In this document: piece after piece, positions 27,590 through 37,956 of the stretch
How the letters are laid out: each line of letters starts with the position of its first letter
Position numbering within the stretch: the stretch's first letter is position 1
From: a bacterium
GTDB lineage: Bacteria > Electryoneota > Electryoneia > Electryoneales > Electryoneaceae
DNA length: 64,000 nt
Direction of reading: 5' to 3'
Assembly (NCBI GenBank): GCA_043801585.1
Contig: JAZDLX010000007.1
Span: 32,001 to 96,000 of the forward strand
Translations under genes and position numbers: made by a program
Notes under the pieces: generated by a model
Databases searched by the model: none
Told to the model about the DNA's origin: nothing
Seen by the model: only the letters and a program-made list of their open reading frames with translations

Positions 27590-28269
27590 GTTCCGAATCG
27601 ATCAATTCCGCCTTCCCTGATCTGTGGGTGGAGCAAGCGGCCTACCCGGCGCTGATGCCACGCAGCAGCGAAGACGTGATGGGTGTCGTCCAGTGGTGCC
27701 GTGATCACGGAATGCGCATCTTCCCCGTGGGAAGCGGACATTCGCTGGGAGAGAAATTCGCCGTTCCAAACGGTGTTGTCAGCATGATCTCTCTCGCGCG
27801 GGATGGTGTTTCAGAACCGGATACACATGACCTGGCGATCGAGGTGGAAGCGGGCGTTCCTGCCGTTCTCCTTCATCAGCTTGTGCATGACGCCGGTCTG
27901 CGCCTTGACGGTTGGCCGGAATCATACCCGGGAACGGTCGGAGGGCTTTTCGCCGGAGCACGGGGTCTTGAGTTACGTCACCTTGTCCTCGGCATGGATA
28001 TCATCGACGGCCGCGGCCGCAGCCTCAGATTCGGAGGACGAGTTCGCAAGAACGTGAGTGGGTTTGATGTGCCCGGTGTGATGATCGGAAGCAGGGGGAT
28101 GCTTGGCTGGATCGATCGCCTCTACCTGAAATTGAACCCGGGTGGCTCCCCCTTGCTGGATCGCAGGGTGCCCACGCCACTCGGACAGATCACGTCCCCA
28201 AAGGGACTTTACCAACGTGTCGCCGTTTCGCTGGATCCTGACGGCGTTTTTCTAAAGCCCGGGGAGTAA
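27586..28269 (+). CDS. Short PCMH-type FAD-binding protein (GlcE/GlcD-like, lacking cap domain)
   Basis: P.S.EDV, GSGHS, EVEAGV, GTVGG, GGRVRKNVSGFD...GSRGMLG, C-terminal LDPDGVF; GTGA overlap with uppS. Confidence 0.75.
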   Translation: MSSESINSAFPDLWVEQAAYPALMPRSSEDVMGVVQWCRDHGMRIFPVGSGHSLGEKFAVPNGVVSMISLARDGVSEPDTHDLAIEVEAGVPAVLLHQLVHDAGLRLDGWPESYPGTVGGLFAGARGLELRHLVLGMDIIDGRGRSLRFGGRVRKNVSGFDVPGVMIGSRGMLGWIDRLYLKLNPGGSPLLDRRVPTPLGQITSPKGLYQRVAVSLDPDGVFLKPGE

Positions 28270-28276
28270 TTGCGGA

Positions 28277-31200
28277 ATGCAGCGGCGACCCTGGGTCATC
28301 GTCGTCACGCTGTTGGCTTTTGCATTGGCTTTCAGCGTCCTCGTGGCAATCCGTTACCTTAATCGCTCGGACCGTCTCCGGCAGCAGATCATCAAGCAAC
28401 TGCAGGACGTTCCTGGCGAGATCTCCATCGGATCGGCAAGTATCGCCGCGACAACCCTGCAACTCACCAACATATCGTACCGAAGTCCCGACCATGGCAT
28501 CACAGCCCAGGTGAAACGAATCAGCATTCGTTTCTCCCTGGGAAACTGGATCGTCCACCAGGGACTGTTCGAACGGCTCATTGAAAGCGTGACCATCATC
28601 GAACCCGAGATCACCGTTCGACCGGCGATGATGAAAGGAAACGTCGGGAAGGAAGACAGTTTAAAAACTTCGGATTATTCACGGTTGAATTTTCTCCGGC
28701 ATGCAATCCTTCGCGGAGGACATCTTCGTGTTATAGACCGCTCGGGGTCTGCATGGATGTCAATGCACAATCTCGACGGGTGGGGACAGGGGGTCGATGA
28801 AAATCGCATTCGAGTACAGCTTGCGGGAAGCCTCTATCGAACGGAAGAACAGAATTTCACGGTTGAAGCCACAGTCGGTTTGAATCCACTGAAAATAGAA
28901 TCGGACGTCGCGTTGCGCTCCTACGATCTGTCGTCGATTGAGCTTCCCCCTGGATCGCCCCTTGAATCGCCCGTCGGCATGTTTTCCTCGCATGCCCGTC
29001 TTGTCTGGGACCTGGACAATTGGGATCTGACCGCGAACATGCAGCTTGTTGACGGAGGTTTTCGAATCCGCCGGGGACCGCGAGTCACCGATGTGAACCT
29101 CAGTGGCATCGCCGAGGATGGCCTCCTGACCATCGGCGGCGAAATGGTCACGGAAGGCGACCCGGGAACGTTGGAAGCCGCGATATCCTATTCGAACGGT
29201 GTTCGATTATCTGTTACCGGGAACATCCCGGAGGTGCACCTCGGCACGCACCTGGGGACGTTCACCCCTTTGCCGAAGTCGCGGCAGCCGACGGGGACGA
29301 TTCACGGAATCACGGATTTTCGCTGGAATTCCGCGGACAGGAATTGGTCCTGGACCATCCGCGGGACCTCACCTTTGCTGGGGACGGTCGTTGGAAATTT
29401 TCACGATGTAAGTACCACTCTTCATTGGGATCGCGAAGCACACACCCTTCGATTCGATTCCCTGGCTGCAACATGGCAGGGCCTGACGCTGAACGCGACC
29501 GCGGTTTTTCAGCCACATCAGAAAGAGCGTTTCATCGTCAATGGCGATGTGGACGGGCGCTTCGACCTGACTGAATTGCCCGGTTGGGTCGTTCCGCTCG
29601 CAGAGAAAACGACTCATGGCCAGTTGAACATCCGCGAGGTCGTTGGAGATGGTTGGACTGTTTCGGGGACTGGGCGGATTCGCGACGATGACAACCCAGC
29701 CATCGGAGAGTATTCTGCAACGTACAGGGCGGAGGGGTACAAACTGCGCCTGGATCTCTATTCTCCTCAGCGGAGAAATGCCTGGGTGATGGTGGACCGG
29801 ATGGCCGAACGTCCGCTGAAAATAACCTTTCAGGATCCTCAGACCTTGGCGAATTGGTGGGATCAGGCTATAACGGTCCCATCCCGTATCGATGAGATCG
29901 AGACCAGGGCGACTGTCGAACTCTACCCCAAGGAGATCAGAGGGCAGGCCGATCTTTTCGATCCCGCCACCGGATTGGGTGTCCACCTTTTCGGCAGCCT
30001 GTTTGGACGTCTGAAAGAATCGGTGGCGGGAACCTATGGCTATCGGTTGAGCAGGCATGAACAACAGGTTGGCTATGGCGACTTCGATTTTGCCTATGGA
30101 GATGGCCTGCTCGACGTCAAACGTTTCAGCCTGATGGATTACCTCAGCTTTTCCGGACGAGTCGATCTGAAGGAACGCCGGTTCAACAAGCTTGAACTGA
30201 CAATCGAAGATCTTGACCTAAGTCACGTCGTACCTAGCATTTCGGCAATTCCTGAGAGCAGGATCGACGGAAAGGTCGGAGGGCAGGTTATGGTTGATGG
30301 ATCGTTCTCTCAGCCAACGATTGAAAGTCACTTTGAATTATACGATGGACGCTATGGAGACCTGAGTCAGTACTGGGGAGTGCTCACCTTGTCGACGAAC
30401 CTTCAGGGTGACGTATTCATCCGCCGTGGATTGTTGGGCCGTTCCGGCACCACCATCCTGAGTATGGAAGGTGGGTACAATATACCGAACGATCATTTCA
30501 ACATTCGCCTCGAAGCACCTCGAACGGATGCCGGGGCGCTGGCTGAAGCAGCGGCGGGAAAGAGAAACCTGCTGGATGGTCCGATTGCGCTTTCCGGGCA
30601 TCTGGGCGGTTCCCTCGCATTGCCTCAATGGACGGCGTCGATGAACATGGTTGATGCGAAAGTGGCCGGAATCGCGTTCGACGATGTGAACATTGAATTG
30701 CGAGGAGTGACTTCCGAGCGTCTTGGGCACATTCTTTACATTGACCGATTCACGATGCAGCGTGAAAACCGATACCAATTCACTGCGAGTGGTGCCGCCC
30801 CGATTACGCGGGGCGCCGGTCAGATTTCAGCACGGCTCGAAGGCGAAATGCTCGATGTCCTGCCGCAGTTGACCTCCTTTGTCAAGGGTGCGAGCGGTTC
30901 AGGTTTCATTGACTGGACGGTGACAGTTGTTGCCGGAAATGTCGCGGCGAGCAACGGCGAGATCCAGATCAAGAATGGAGATGTCAGTTTCCAGGATGTG
31001 TTCCCGACACTGAAGGACCTCGAGATCGATTTGAACGTGGGAGTGGACGGTTCCCTGACGATCAACAAATTCGATGGCATCTTCGGCGAGAATTCTCCTG
31101 CGGTGATCCGTAATGAACGTGGAACGCCGGACAATTCACAGAACCTGCCTATCATCCTTCAGGGGGTGGGCCTCGATCTGGGAGTTCTGAAGTTGAAAAC

Positions 31201-32524
31201 GCCTGCCGAGGGGGGGATCCCCATGAGGATTCCGGGCGTGATGACCACGGAAGACTACGGCAGGATCAAGTTCAGTGGTCGTGAAAATGGCGAATGGTTC
31301 CGAGTTTCCGGCCCCGTGGATAGTCTCCTGATGACCGGCAGCACGAGGATCGCAAGTACCAGGATGACCCTGCCTCCGATTCCCCGCAACGGCACGGGCT
31401 CTTCGACGAGTGCGCCGGGGGCTGGGCGGCCCCGTGCATCTGTGCGGGGAATTCTCACATTGCTCCGGAAGGCACGCTGGAACAGCCAGGTTCGGATCGC
31501 AGACAACGTTCACTATGAGCGTGATATTGTCGGTCTGGAAAACACCCCTGTTCTTGGTGCGTTCTCAGAGATCCTTTCCCAGATCACTGTGGATCTGACA
31601 CTGGATCCCACGGAGTCGAACCGTCCGTTGGAAGTGACCGGACGAGTTTCCAGCAACAACTTCCGTCTGGTTGGTGAACTTTCATCCACCCAGGGTCGAC
31701 TCGAACTACTCGATCTCAATTTCGATCTTCAACGGGCGGATGTCACCTTTGACAGAACTTCACTGCTTCCGGTTGTCAGCGGGAGGGCGGTGACCTACAC
31801 CGTGGAGGAATCGTCCGATCCGAACACCCCACGGTACAGCCGTGAACTCTACCTGACGCTGTACGTGATCGACCCGGTGACCGGGGAGCGAACGACTCGT
31901 GGCCGCTGGGGTGACTTTACCTTCGTCCTCGAGGATCAGGAGGGATCGAGCCAGGAACAGGTGTTGAACGCTCTCGGGTACCAGGCGGGGTCGCTGACCA
32001 AGCGGGCCACCGCGATCGGCGCCGGAGGACTGGAACGTGCGTTGATCCGGCGATGGCTGCGCCCAATCGAACGGGACATTGCGCGAGTGTTGGGACTGGA
32101 CCTCGTTCGCTTTGATCCATCCATCGCGAGCTACCTGATCCGGGACAATACCATCGGACTTGACTCCCTTGGCGTAGGTGCTACAAGCCAGATTAAATCG
32201 AGCAGTGTGAAAGTTGGTAAGTACTTATTACCCAACCTCTTCCTAAGCTATACGGGACAACTCGGGAGCGATCCATTATTGCGCTACACGACGACTGGAC
32301 CAACCCCCACGAGCAGAATTGCATTCCTTCAAAGTTGGGACGTGGAATATCGCGTGCGGTCGATTTCTCCGAACCTCGTATTACAGGGAGGATGGGAATA
32401 TGACAACCTTGCGCCGAACGAAGCTGGCAAACGGAACAACCGGTCGATCCGACTGAAATACACCCTTGTCTATGATTTGACCAAGGTGAGCATGGCAAAA
32501 GTGTGGCGGAAGCTGTGGAACTGA
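28277..32524 (+). CDS. tamB: TamB/AsmA-like large periplasmic beta-taco protein
   Basis: 1415 aa, N-terminal signal anchor, amphipathic beta repeats, C-terminal VKVGKYL..NLFLSY...VEY beta strands; directly upstream of bamA. Confidence 0.7.
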   Translation: MQRRPWVIVVTLLAFALAFSVLVAIRYLNRSDRLRQQIIKQLQDVPGEISIGSASIAATTLQLTNISYRSPDHGITAQVKRISIRFSLGNWIVHQGLFERLIESVTIIEPEITVRPAMMKGNVGKEDSLKTSDYSRLNFLRHAILRGGHLRVIDRSGSAWMSMHNLDGWGQGVDENRIRVQLAGSLYRTEEQNFTVEATVGLNPLKIESDVALRSYDLSSIELPPGSPLESPVGMFSSHARLVWDLDNWDLTANMQLVDGGFRIRRGPRVTDVNLSGIAEDGLLTIGGEMVTEGDPGTLEAAISYSNGVRLSVTGNIPEVHLGTHLGTFTPLPKSRQPTGTIHGITDFRWNSADRNWSWTIRGTSPLLGTVVGNFHDVSTTLHWDREAHTLRFDSLAATWQGLTLNATAVFQPHQKERFIVNGDVDGRFDLTELPGWVVPLAEKTTHGQLNIREVVGDGWTVSGTGRIRDDDNPAIGEYSATYRAEGYKLRLDLYSPQRRNAWVMVDRMAERPLKITFQDPQTLANWWDQAITVPSRIDEIETRATVELYPKEIRGQADLFDPATGLGVHLFGSLFGRLKESVAGTYGYRLSRHEQQVGYGDFDFAYGDGLLDVKRFSLMDYLSFSGRVDLKERRFNKLELTIEDLDLSHVVPSISAIPESRIDGKVGGQVMVDGSFSQPTIESHFELYDGRYGDLSQYWGVLTLSTNLQGDVFIRRGLLGRSGTTILSMEGGYNIPNDHFNIRLEAPRTDAGALAEAAAGKRNLLDGPIALSGHLGGSLALPQWTASMNMVDAKVAGIAFDDVNIELRGVTSERLGHILYIDRFTMQRENRYQFTASGAAPITRGAGQISARLEGEMLDVLPQLTSFVKGASGSGFIDWTVTVVAGNVAASNGEIQIKNGDVSFQDVFPTLKDLEIDLNVGVDGSLTINKFDGIFGENSPAVIRNERGTPDNSQNLPIILQGVGLDLGVLKLKTPAEGGIPMRIPGVMTTEDYGRIKFSGRENGEWFRVSGPVDSLLMTGSTRIASTRMTLPPIPRNGTGSSTSAPGAGRPRASVRGILTLLRKARWNSQVRIADNVHYERDIVGLENTPVLGAFSEILSQITVDLTLDPTESNRPLEVTGRVSSNNFRLVGELSSTQGRLELLDLNFDLQRADVTFDRTSLLPVVSGRAVTYTVEESSDPNTPRYSRELYLTLYVIDPVTGERTTRGRWGDFTFVLEDQEGSSQEQVLNALGYQAGSLTKRATAIGAGGLERALIRRWLRPIERDIARVLGLDLVRFDPSIASYLIRDNTIGLDSLGVGATSQIKSSSVKVGKYLLPNLFLSYTGQLGSDPLLRYTTTGPTPTSRIAFLQSWDVEYRVRSISPNLVLQGGWEYDNLAPNEAGKRNNRSIRLKYTLVYDLTKVSMAKVWRKLWN

Positions 32525-32575
32525 GGCGGGGGTGCGCACGTACACCCCTCGTGGGGCTTGTGCTCAAGGGATTGC

Positions 32576-32604
32576 TTGTCTGTGGGCGGGCGACTCCGTA
32601 CCTT
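32576..32604 (+). promoter_or_regulatory. Putative promoter for bamA (TTGTCT-N17-TACCTT)
   Basis: Correct spacing, about 30 nt upstream of the bamA start. Confidence 0.45.
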
Positions 32605-32636
32605 TCAACCTTCGTTCAAACGAAACGACTCAAACG

Positions 32637-34961
32637 ATGCGAAACGGGATTCTGAAGACACTTATTTTCACCGGGTTGGCGCTATTCTATTTGGGTTTAT
32701 CGCAGGCCTCTGCACAGCCCAGCCGCCCGCAGGGAGTCAAGGTACTCGGCGTCCGTGTCGAAGGCGCCAAGACCGCGGATGAAGGTCTCATCATCGCCAA
32801 CAGCGGACTTGTCGTTGGCAAGGAAGTGGTCGGCGACGATATCCAGACCGCGATCAAACGGATCTGGTCGTTGAAACTCTTCCGAAACGTTGACATTGTC
32901 ATCGAAAAAGATCTGCCGGAGGGCAGCTATTTCGTCATTAACGTGGAAGAGTATCCTCGCATCGCCAGCCTTGAGATTACTGGAAACCGCAAACTCAACG
33001 ACGACGACATCAACGAACAAATCACTCTGTACCGGGGGCAGGTGCTTCGTCCGGCGCGTCTGCAAAAAGCGCGGAGAGACCTGCTCAGAAAATACCATGA
33101 GAAAGGTTATCTGCTCGCTGAAGTAACCACCGAAGTGCAGGACACGGACGACCCGATGCAGAAGAATGTTCGGGTTGTGATCGAGGAGGGCAAAAAGGTA
33201 CGGATCAGGGATATCTACTTCGCCGGGAATCAGGCATTTAAAAACAGGATCCTGCGTAAGCAGATGAAGGATACCCATCAGCGCGGGTTCCTGCGAAGTG
33301 GATCCTTCGACCGTACAAAGTTCGACGAAGACTTGAAGTTGGTTGTGCAATTCTATAAAAATCGTGGTTATCGAGATGCTCAAATCGTTGGCGATTCGCT
33401 TTCCTATACGGACGATCTGAAAAGGATGATCATCACGATCCAGATGTATGAAGGATCACAATACGTGTTCGGTTCGATCGATTTCGAAGGGAACACGCTG
33501 TTCAGCAAGAACGAACTGCTTGCCCAACTTTCCTTCAAGCCCGGCGACGTTTATAACGAAGAAGAGCTGATGGTAAACACTGCGGAACGTCTCGGTAACC
33601 TTTACTACGAGAAAGGCTACATTTATTCTCGAGTCGAACCGCAAATGATTCCGACTGTCGGCGATACCTTGAATATTCTTTACCAGGTGAACGAAGGAAA
33701 TCAGTTTAATGTCCGGAAAATCAATATATTGGGTAATACAAAAACGAAAGAAAAAGTAATCCGTCGCGAGTTCGTTCTGTTCCCGGGAGAAACCTTCGAC
33801 GTGCTGAAACTGCGGCGGTCCATCCGTGAACTGACCATTCTCAATTATTTCTCGAACATTACGCCTGACGTTCAGCCTGTGAGTGATAACGAAGTCGATC
33901 TTTTCGTGGATGTCGAGGAGAAACCGACCGACAACGCCAGCGTTTCAATCGGTGGCAGCCAGCTCGATGGTGTCATTGGTGCAATCGGATTTGCCATGCC
34001 GAATTTCTTTGGAAATGGGCAGCGCTTTTCACTCAACTGGAACTTCGGACAAATCTATCGCAGTTTCTCGGTGAGTTTCACCGAACCATGGATGTTTAAT
34101 ACTCCAACCCTCGGCGGCATAAGCTTTTATAATTTGCGTCGTGGTGGGTCCTATTACGGCTTCGATGAAAACGTGACTGGCGGATCCCTGCGGATCAGCC
34201 GCCGTTTCAAGTGGCCGGATGACTACACCCGTGGCGACTGGATCTACAAGCTGGAACGCGCCCAGTACAGCAATTTTAGTTCAGGATACAGCAACGTTTA
34301 CGGGTACAAAGAGGATGTGCCGAGGATCGGCAGTTCTATCACGCAGATCTTCAGCCGTGACAGCCGCGACAACCCTGAATTCCCAACTCGGGGAAGTGTC
34401 GTCAGTTATTCGATTCAGTTGGCGGGTTCCATTTTCGGCGGAGATGACCAGTTCAACAAGCATTTCCTGAGTGCTGAGTGGTATTTTCCGTTGACGAGTA
34501 AACTCGTTCTCTATAACCAGACCAAAACGGGTCTGATTTTCAACCTTAGCGATAACCGCAGCGACGTGCCTTACATTGACTATTTCTTCATGGGCGGAAG
34601 CGGCATCAGCTTTGGCGAATCGCTGCGCGGATACGAAGACGGCAGGGTTGGGCCGCAGACCGGGGGATACCCGATGGGCGGCAACAGCCTGTTCAAGGAG
34701 AGTCTCGAGCTTCGCTTCCCGTTGATCCCGAATCCCACGGTGTTCATTCTGGGATTCATGGAAGCGGGCAATACGTGGGCGACGCGCGGCGAAATGGATC
34801 TGAACGATCTGCGCCACAGTGCGGGACTGGGAGTCCGGCTCTACATGCCGCTTGTCGGATTGATTGGGCTCGATTATGGATATGGTTTTGATTATTACTC
34901 GAGCAATGGCACCCGTTCCGGGAGATGGGTGCCGCATTTCCAGTTTGGTCGAACATTCTAA
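32637..34961 (+). CDS. bamA: Outer membrane protein assembly factor BamA
   Basis: Signal peptide, five POTRA-like repeats (GNTKTKEKVIRRE), barrel with LRGY motif, C-terminal FQFGRTF. Confidence 0.96.
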   Translation: MRNGILKTLIFTGLALFYLGLSQASAQPSRPQGVKVLGVRVEGAKTADEGLIIANSGLVVGKEVVGDDIQTAIKRIWSLKLFRNVDIVIEKDLPEGSYFVINVEEYPRIASLEITGNRKLNDDDINEQITLYRGQVLRPARLQKARRDLLRKYHEKGYLLAEVTTEVQDTDDPMQKNVRVVIEEGKKVRIRDIYFAGNQAFKNRILRKQMKDTHQRGFLRSGSFDRTKFDEDLKLVVQFYKNRGYRDAQIVGDSLSYTDDLKRMIITIQMYEGSQYVFGSIDFEGNTLFSKNELLAQLSFKPGDVYNEEELMVNTAERLGNLYYEKGYIYSRVEPQMIPTVGDTLNILYQVNEGNQFNVRKINILGNTKTKEKVIRREFVLFPGETFDVLKLRRSIRELTILNYFSNITPDVQPVSDNEVDLFVDVEEKPTDNASVSIGGSQLDGVIGAIGFAMPNFFGNGQRFSLNWNFGQIYRSFSVSFTEPWMFNTPTLGGISFYNLRRGGSYYGFDENVTGGSLRISRRFKWPDDYTRGDWIYKLERAQYSNFSSGYSNVYGYKEDVPRIGSSITQIFSRDSRDNPEFPTRGSVVSYSIQLAGSIFGGDDQFNKHFLSAEWYFPLTSKLVLYNQTKTGLIFNLSDNRSDVPYIDYFFMGGSGISFGESLRGYEDGRVGPQTGGYPMGGNSLFKESLELRFPLIPNPTVFILGFMEAGNTWATRGEMDLNDLRHSAGLGVRLYMPLVGLIGLDYGYGFDYYSSNGTRSGRWVPHFQFGRTF

Positions 34962-34986
34962 ACGATACCATAAGGGAGTAAGAGGG

Positions 34987-35511
34987 ATGAAACGCATCAC
35001 CACCCTGGCGATGGCGGCCCTAATGTTGACGGCTGTCTTTGCGCCTCCGGTCCTGGCGAAAGATTTCAAGGTGGGTATCATCATTTCCGAGCGGCTGCTC
35101 AACGAGTACCCCGAAGCGCAGGACGCTCAGAAAACACTCAATGAAGAGATCAACGAGTGGCAGCGTCAGGCTCAATCCATGCAGGACGAATTGCAGTCCT
35201 TGCAGAAGGAATTGAGCGAAGAGGCGATGATGTTCTACACCGCGGAGAAGAAAGCTCAGAAGCAGGCGGAGTTTCAGCGGAAACTTGGAGCATTCCGCGA
35301 TTTCCAGCAGAGCATCGAGCAAAAAGCGATGCAGCGGAATCAGGAGCTTTTCGCCCCGATCAACGAGAAGATTCAGAAGGTGCTGGACAGCATTGCCGAG
35401 AAGGATGGGTATGACATCATCCTCGATGCAGTCGGTGCGTCCATCGCCTATGCGAATCCGGAACTGGACATTACCGATCGTGTCCTTGAGGAACTGAAGA
35501 ACCAGAAGTAA
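34987..35511 (+). CDS. skp: Periplasmic chaperone Skp/OmpH
   Basis: Signal peptide, coiled coil, IAEKDGYDIILD, DITDRVL; downstream of bamA. Confidence 0.92.
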   Translation: MKRITTLAMAALMLTAVFAPPVLAKDFKVGIIISERLLNEYPEAQDAQKTLNEEINEWQRQAQSMQDELQSLQKELSEEAMMFYTAEKKAQKQAEFQRKLGAFRDFQQSIEQKAMQRNQELFAPINEKIQKVLDSIAEKDGYDIILDAVGASIAYANPELDITDRVLEELKNQK

Positions 35512-35516
35512 AGCCC

Positions 35517-36539
35517 ATGACCTTGACCGCTCGTGAGCTCGCCGATCAAATCGGCGCCGAGGTTGTGGGTGATCCCAATGTCATTATCGAAGGGGTCGCG
35601 AAGATTGAGGAGGCTTCTCCTCAAGAGGTCACCTTCATCTCGAACCCAGCCTACCGGAGATACCTGCAAACCACCAGGGCTTCTGCGATTATTATCGACA
35701 GCGTCCCGGAGGGAGGGGCAGCTACCTACCTGGTAACCCCTCAACCTTACTTGGCGTTTCTAAAGGTTCTGCGCCTGTTTCACCCTGAATCACCACCTCC
35801 AGCCGCAGGGGTGCATCCTTCCGCGGTGATCGGCGAGAACGTCACCATCGGGTCTGGCGCCTCCATCGGCCCGCTCTGTGTGCTCGAGGATGGGGTGACC
35901 GTTGGCAAGAACAGTATTCTCCGGGGACTTGTGTTCATTGGCAGGAATGTCGAGATCGGCGATAACTGCCTTTTCCACAGCCGTGTCAGTATCCGTGAGG
36001 GGTGCCGAATCGGAAACCGTGTGATCCTGCAGGACGGATGTGTGATCGGATCGGACGGATTCGGCTTTGCCCAGGCGGAAGGTGGGTATGAGAAGATTCC
36101 TCAGGTGGGCATTGTCATCCTCGAAGATGATGTCGAAATCGGGGCCAATACCACAATTGACCGCGCCACCCTCGGCCATACGATTCTCCGCCGTGGGGTC
36201 AAGCTGGATAATCTCGTTCAGATCGCCCACAACGTTGAGGTTGGTCAGAGCACGGTCATGGCGGCGCAGACAGGTATTGCAGGCAGTACGACCATCGGAG
36301 CGAAATCGGTGATCGGGGGACAGGTGGGCGTTGCGGGTCATCTGCACCTTTCGGACGGAATCATGGTTGCGGCCCAATCCGGGATTACGAAAAATCCGGG
36401 AGCTGGGAAGATTGTCGCCGGGTCTCCTGCACGGGACATCCAGGTGTGGCGGCGCATTGAAGCGTCCCTGTCGAGGCTTCCGGAGTTGATCAAGCGAATC
36501 CGTAATCTGGAAGAGGGGGGAGCGGAGGACAGGGAATAG
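35517..36539 (+). CDS. lpxD: UDP-3-O-acylglucosamine N-acyltransferase
   Basis: Hexapeptide repeats, IGSDGFGF, KIPQVG, EIGANTTIDR, KLDNLVQIAHNV. Confidence 0.97.
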   Translation: MTLTARELADQIGAEVVGDPNVIIEGVAKIEEASPQEVTFISNPAYRRYLQTTRASAIIIDSVPEGGAATYLVTPQPYLAFLKVLRLFHPESPPPAAGVHPSAVIGENVTIGSGASIGPLCVLEDGVTVGKNSILRGLVFIGRNVEIGDNCLFHSRVSIREGCRIGNRVILQDGCVIGSDGFGFAQAEGGYEKIPQVGIVILEDDVEIGANTTIDRATLGHTILRRGVKLDNLVQIAHNVEVGQSTVMAAQTGIAGSTTIGAKSVIGGQVGVAGHLHLSDGIMVAAQSGITKNPGAGKIVAGSPARDIQVWRRIEASLSRLPELIKRIRNLEEGGAEDRE

Positions 36540-36560
36540 GACGGAAGAGGGAGATGTGCT

Positions 36561-37955
36561 GTGCTGAAAAACCAGAGAACAATCGCCAGGGAAGTAAGCC
36601 TGGATGGTATCGGGCTGCATACGGGTGTCAAAACCAGGATGACCTTCAAACCCGCCCCACCGGGTACGGGTTACTATTTCGAACGCGTTGACCTCGAGGG
36701 AAATCCGAGGATCAAGGCGGACATCGATCATGTCATCGACATCTCACGTGGCACCACGATTGCCCAGGGCGAGGTGAAAGTTCACACCGTCGAGCATGTG
36801 CTTTCCGCGCTCTCCGGACTGTCTATCGATAACTGCATCGTTACCCTCGACAATATCGAACCACCCGTCATCGACGGGAGTGCAAAGCCGTTCGTCGATG
36901 CGCTTCTTTCGGCAGGACTCGCGGAACAGGAAGCGCCCAAGGAGTACCTGGAGATCAGCAAGACGTTGATTTACCACAACGAGGAAAAGGGCATCGACCT
37001 CGTCATCGTCCCCTCCGACGAATTCCGCATCACCTACATGACCGACTACCGCAACCCGGCACTGGGGACGCAATACACCTCGATGTACAGCCTTGAAGAG
37101 GAGTATGTCACCGAGTTCGCATCCGCGCGAACCTTCGCCTTTCTCTCAGAAGTCGAAGCGTTGAAATCACAAGGGTTGATCAAGGGCGCCAGCCTTGATA
37201 CAGGTCTGCTGATTGTGGACAAGGAAATCAACAAAGATGAACTCGAAGATCTCAAGAAACTCTTTGGAGTCGACGTTGATATCAAGGTAGGAACCACAGG
37301 CATCTTCAACGATCACCCGCTTCGTTTTTACAACGAGCCGGTTCGGCATAAGGTGCTCGACTTGATCGGTGATTTCGCCCTGCTTGGCATTCCGATCAAG
37401 GGCCATGTGATGGTCGCCCGCGCCGGGCACGCCGCGCACGTCGAGATGGTGCGCAAGATGCGCAAGATCTATCTTGAACGGCAGCTCAAGAAGAAATACC
37501 AGCGGACCACGACAGATAGCTACGTCTTCGACATCAACGCCATCCAACAGCTGCTACCGCACCGGTATCCCTTCCTTCTCGTTGACCGAATTCTCGAACT
37601 GGAACCGGGGGTACGGGTCACCGGGATCAAGAACGTGACCGCCAATGAGCCTTTTTTCCAGGGACATTTTCCCGGCCATCCGATCATGCCCGGTGTGCTG
37701 GTGATCGAGGCGATGGGGCAGGTTGGGGGTGTTTTGCTCCTGAATGAATCCTCGGAACCCGAGAAAAACGTCGTTTACTTCACCGGTCTCGACAATGTCA
37801 AATTCCGCCGTCCCGTGATACCTGGCGACACACTCTATTTTCGCGTTGAGATGATCTACAACCGCCGCGGGATTTGCAAAATGAAGGGCGAGGCTTTCGT
37901 CGGTGATGAACTTGCGGCACAGGCGGAGATGCAGGCGATCGTGAGGGGAAAGTAG
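36561..37955 (+). CDS. lpxC-fabZ: Bifunctional LpxC deacetylase / FabZ dehydratase
   Basis: GIGLHTG, TVEHVLSAL, ARTF, HKVLDLIGD, then LPHRYPFLLVD, FQGHFPG.PIMPGVLVIEAMGQ. Confidence 0.97.
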   Translation: MLKNQRTIAREVSLDGIGLHTGVKTRMTFKPAPPGTGYYFERVDLEGNPRIKADIDHVIDISRGTTIAQGEVKVHTVEHVLSALSGLSIDNCIVTLDNIEPPVIDGSAKPFVDALLSAGLAEQEAPKEYLEISKTLIYHNEEKGIDLVIVPSDEFRITYMTDYRNPALGTQYTSMYSLEEEYVTEFASARTFAFLSEVEALKSQGLIKGASLDTGLLIVDKEINKDELEDLKKLFGVDVDIKVGTTGIFNDHPLRFYNEPVRHKVLDLIGDFALLGIPIKGHVMVARAGHAAHVEMVRKMRKIYLERQLKKKYQRTTTDSYVFDINAIQQLLPHRYPFLLVDRILELEPGVRVTGIKNVTANEPFFQGHFPGHPIMPGVLVIEAMGQVGGVLLLNESSEPEKNVVYFTGLDNVKFRRPVIPGDTLYFRVEMIYNRRGICKMKGEAFVGDELAAQAEMQAIVRGK

Positions 37956-37956
37956 C

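Noticed and set aside
36561..37955. LpxC-FabZ fusion as a novelty
   Set aside because: Well known in Bacteroidetes, Chlorobi and related phyla; used only as a taxonomic hint.
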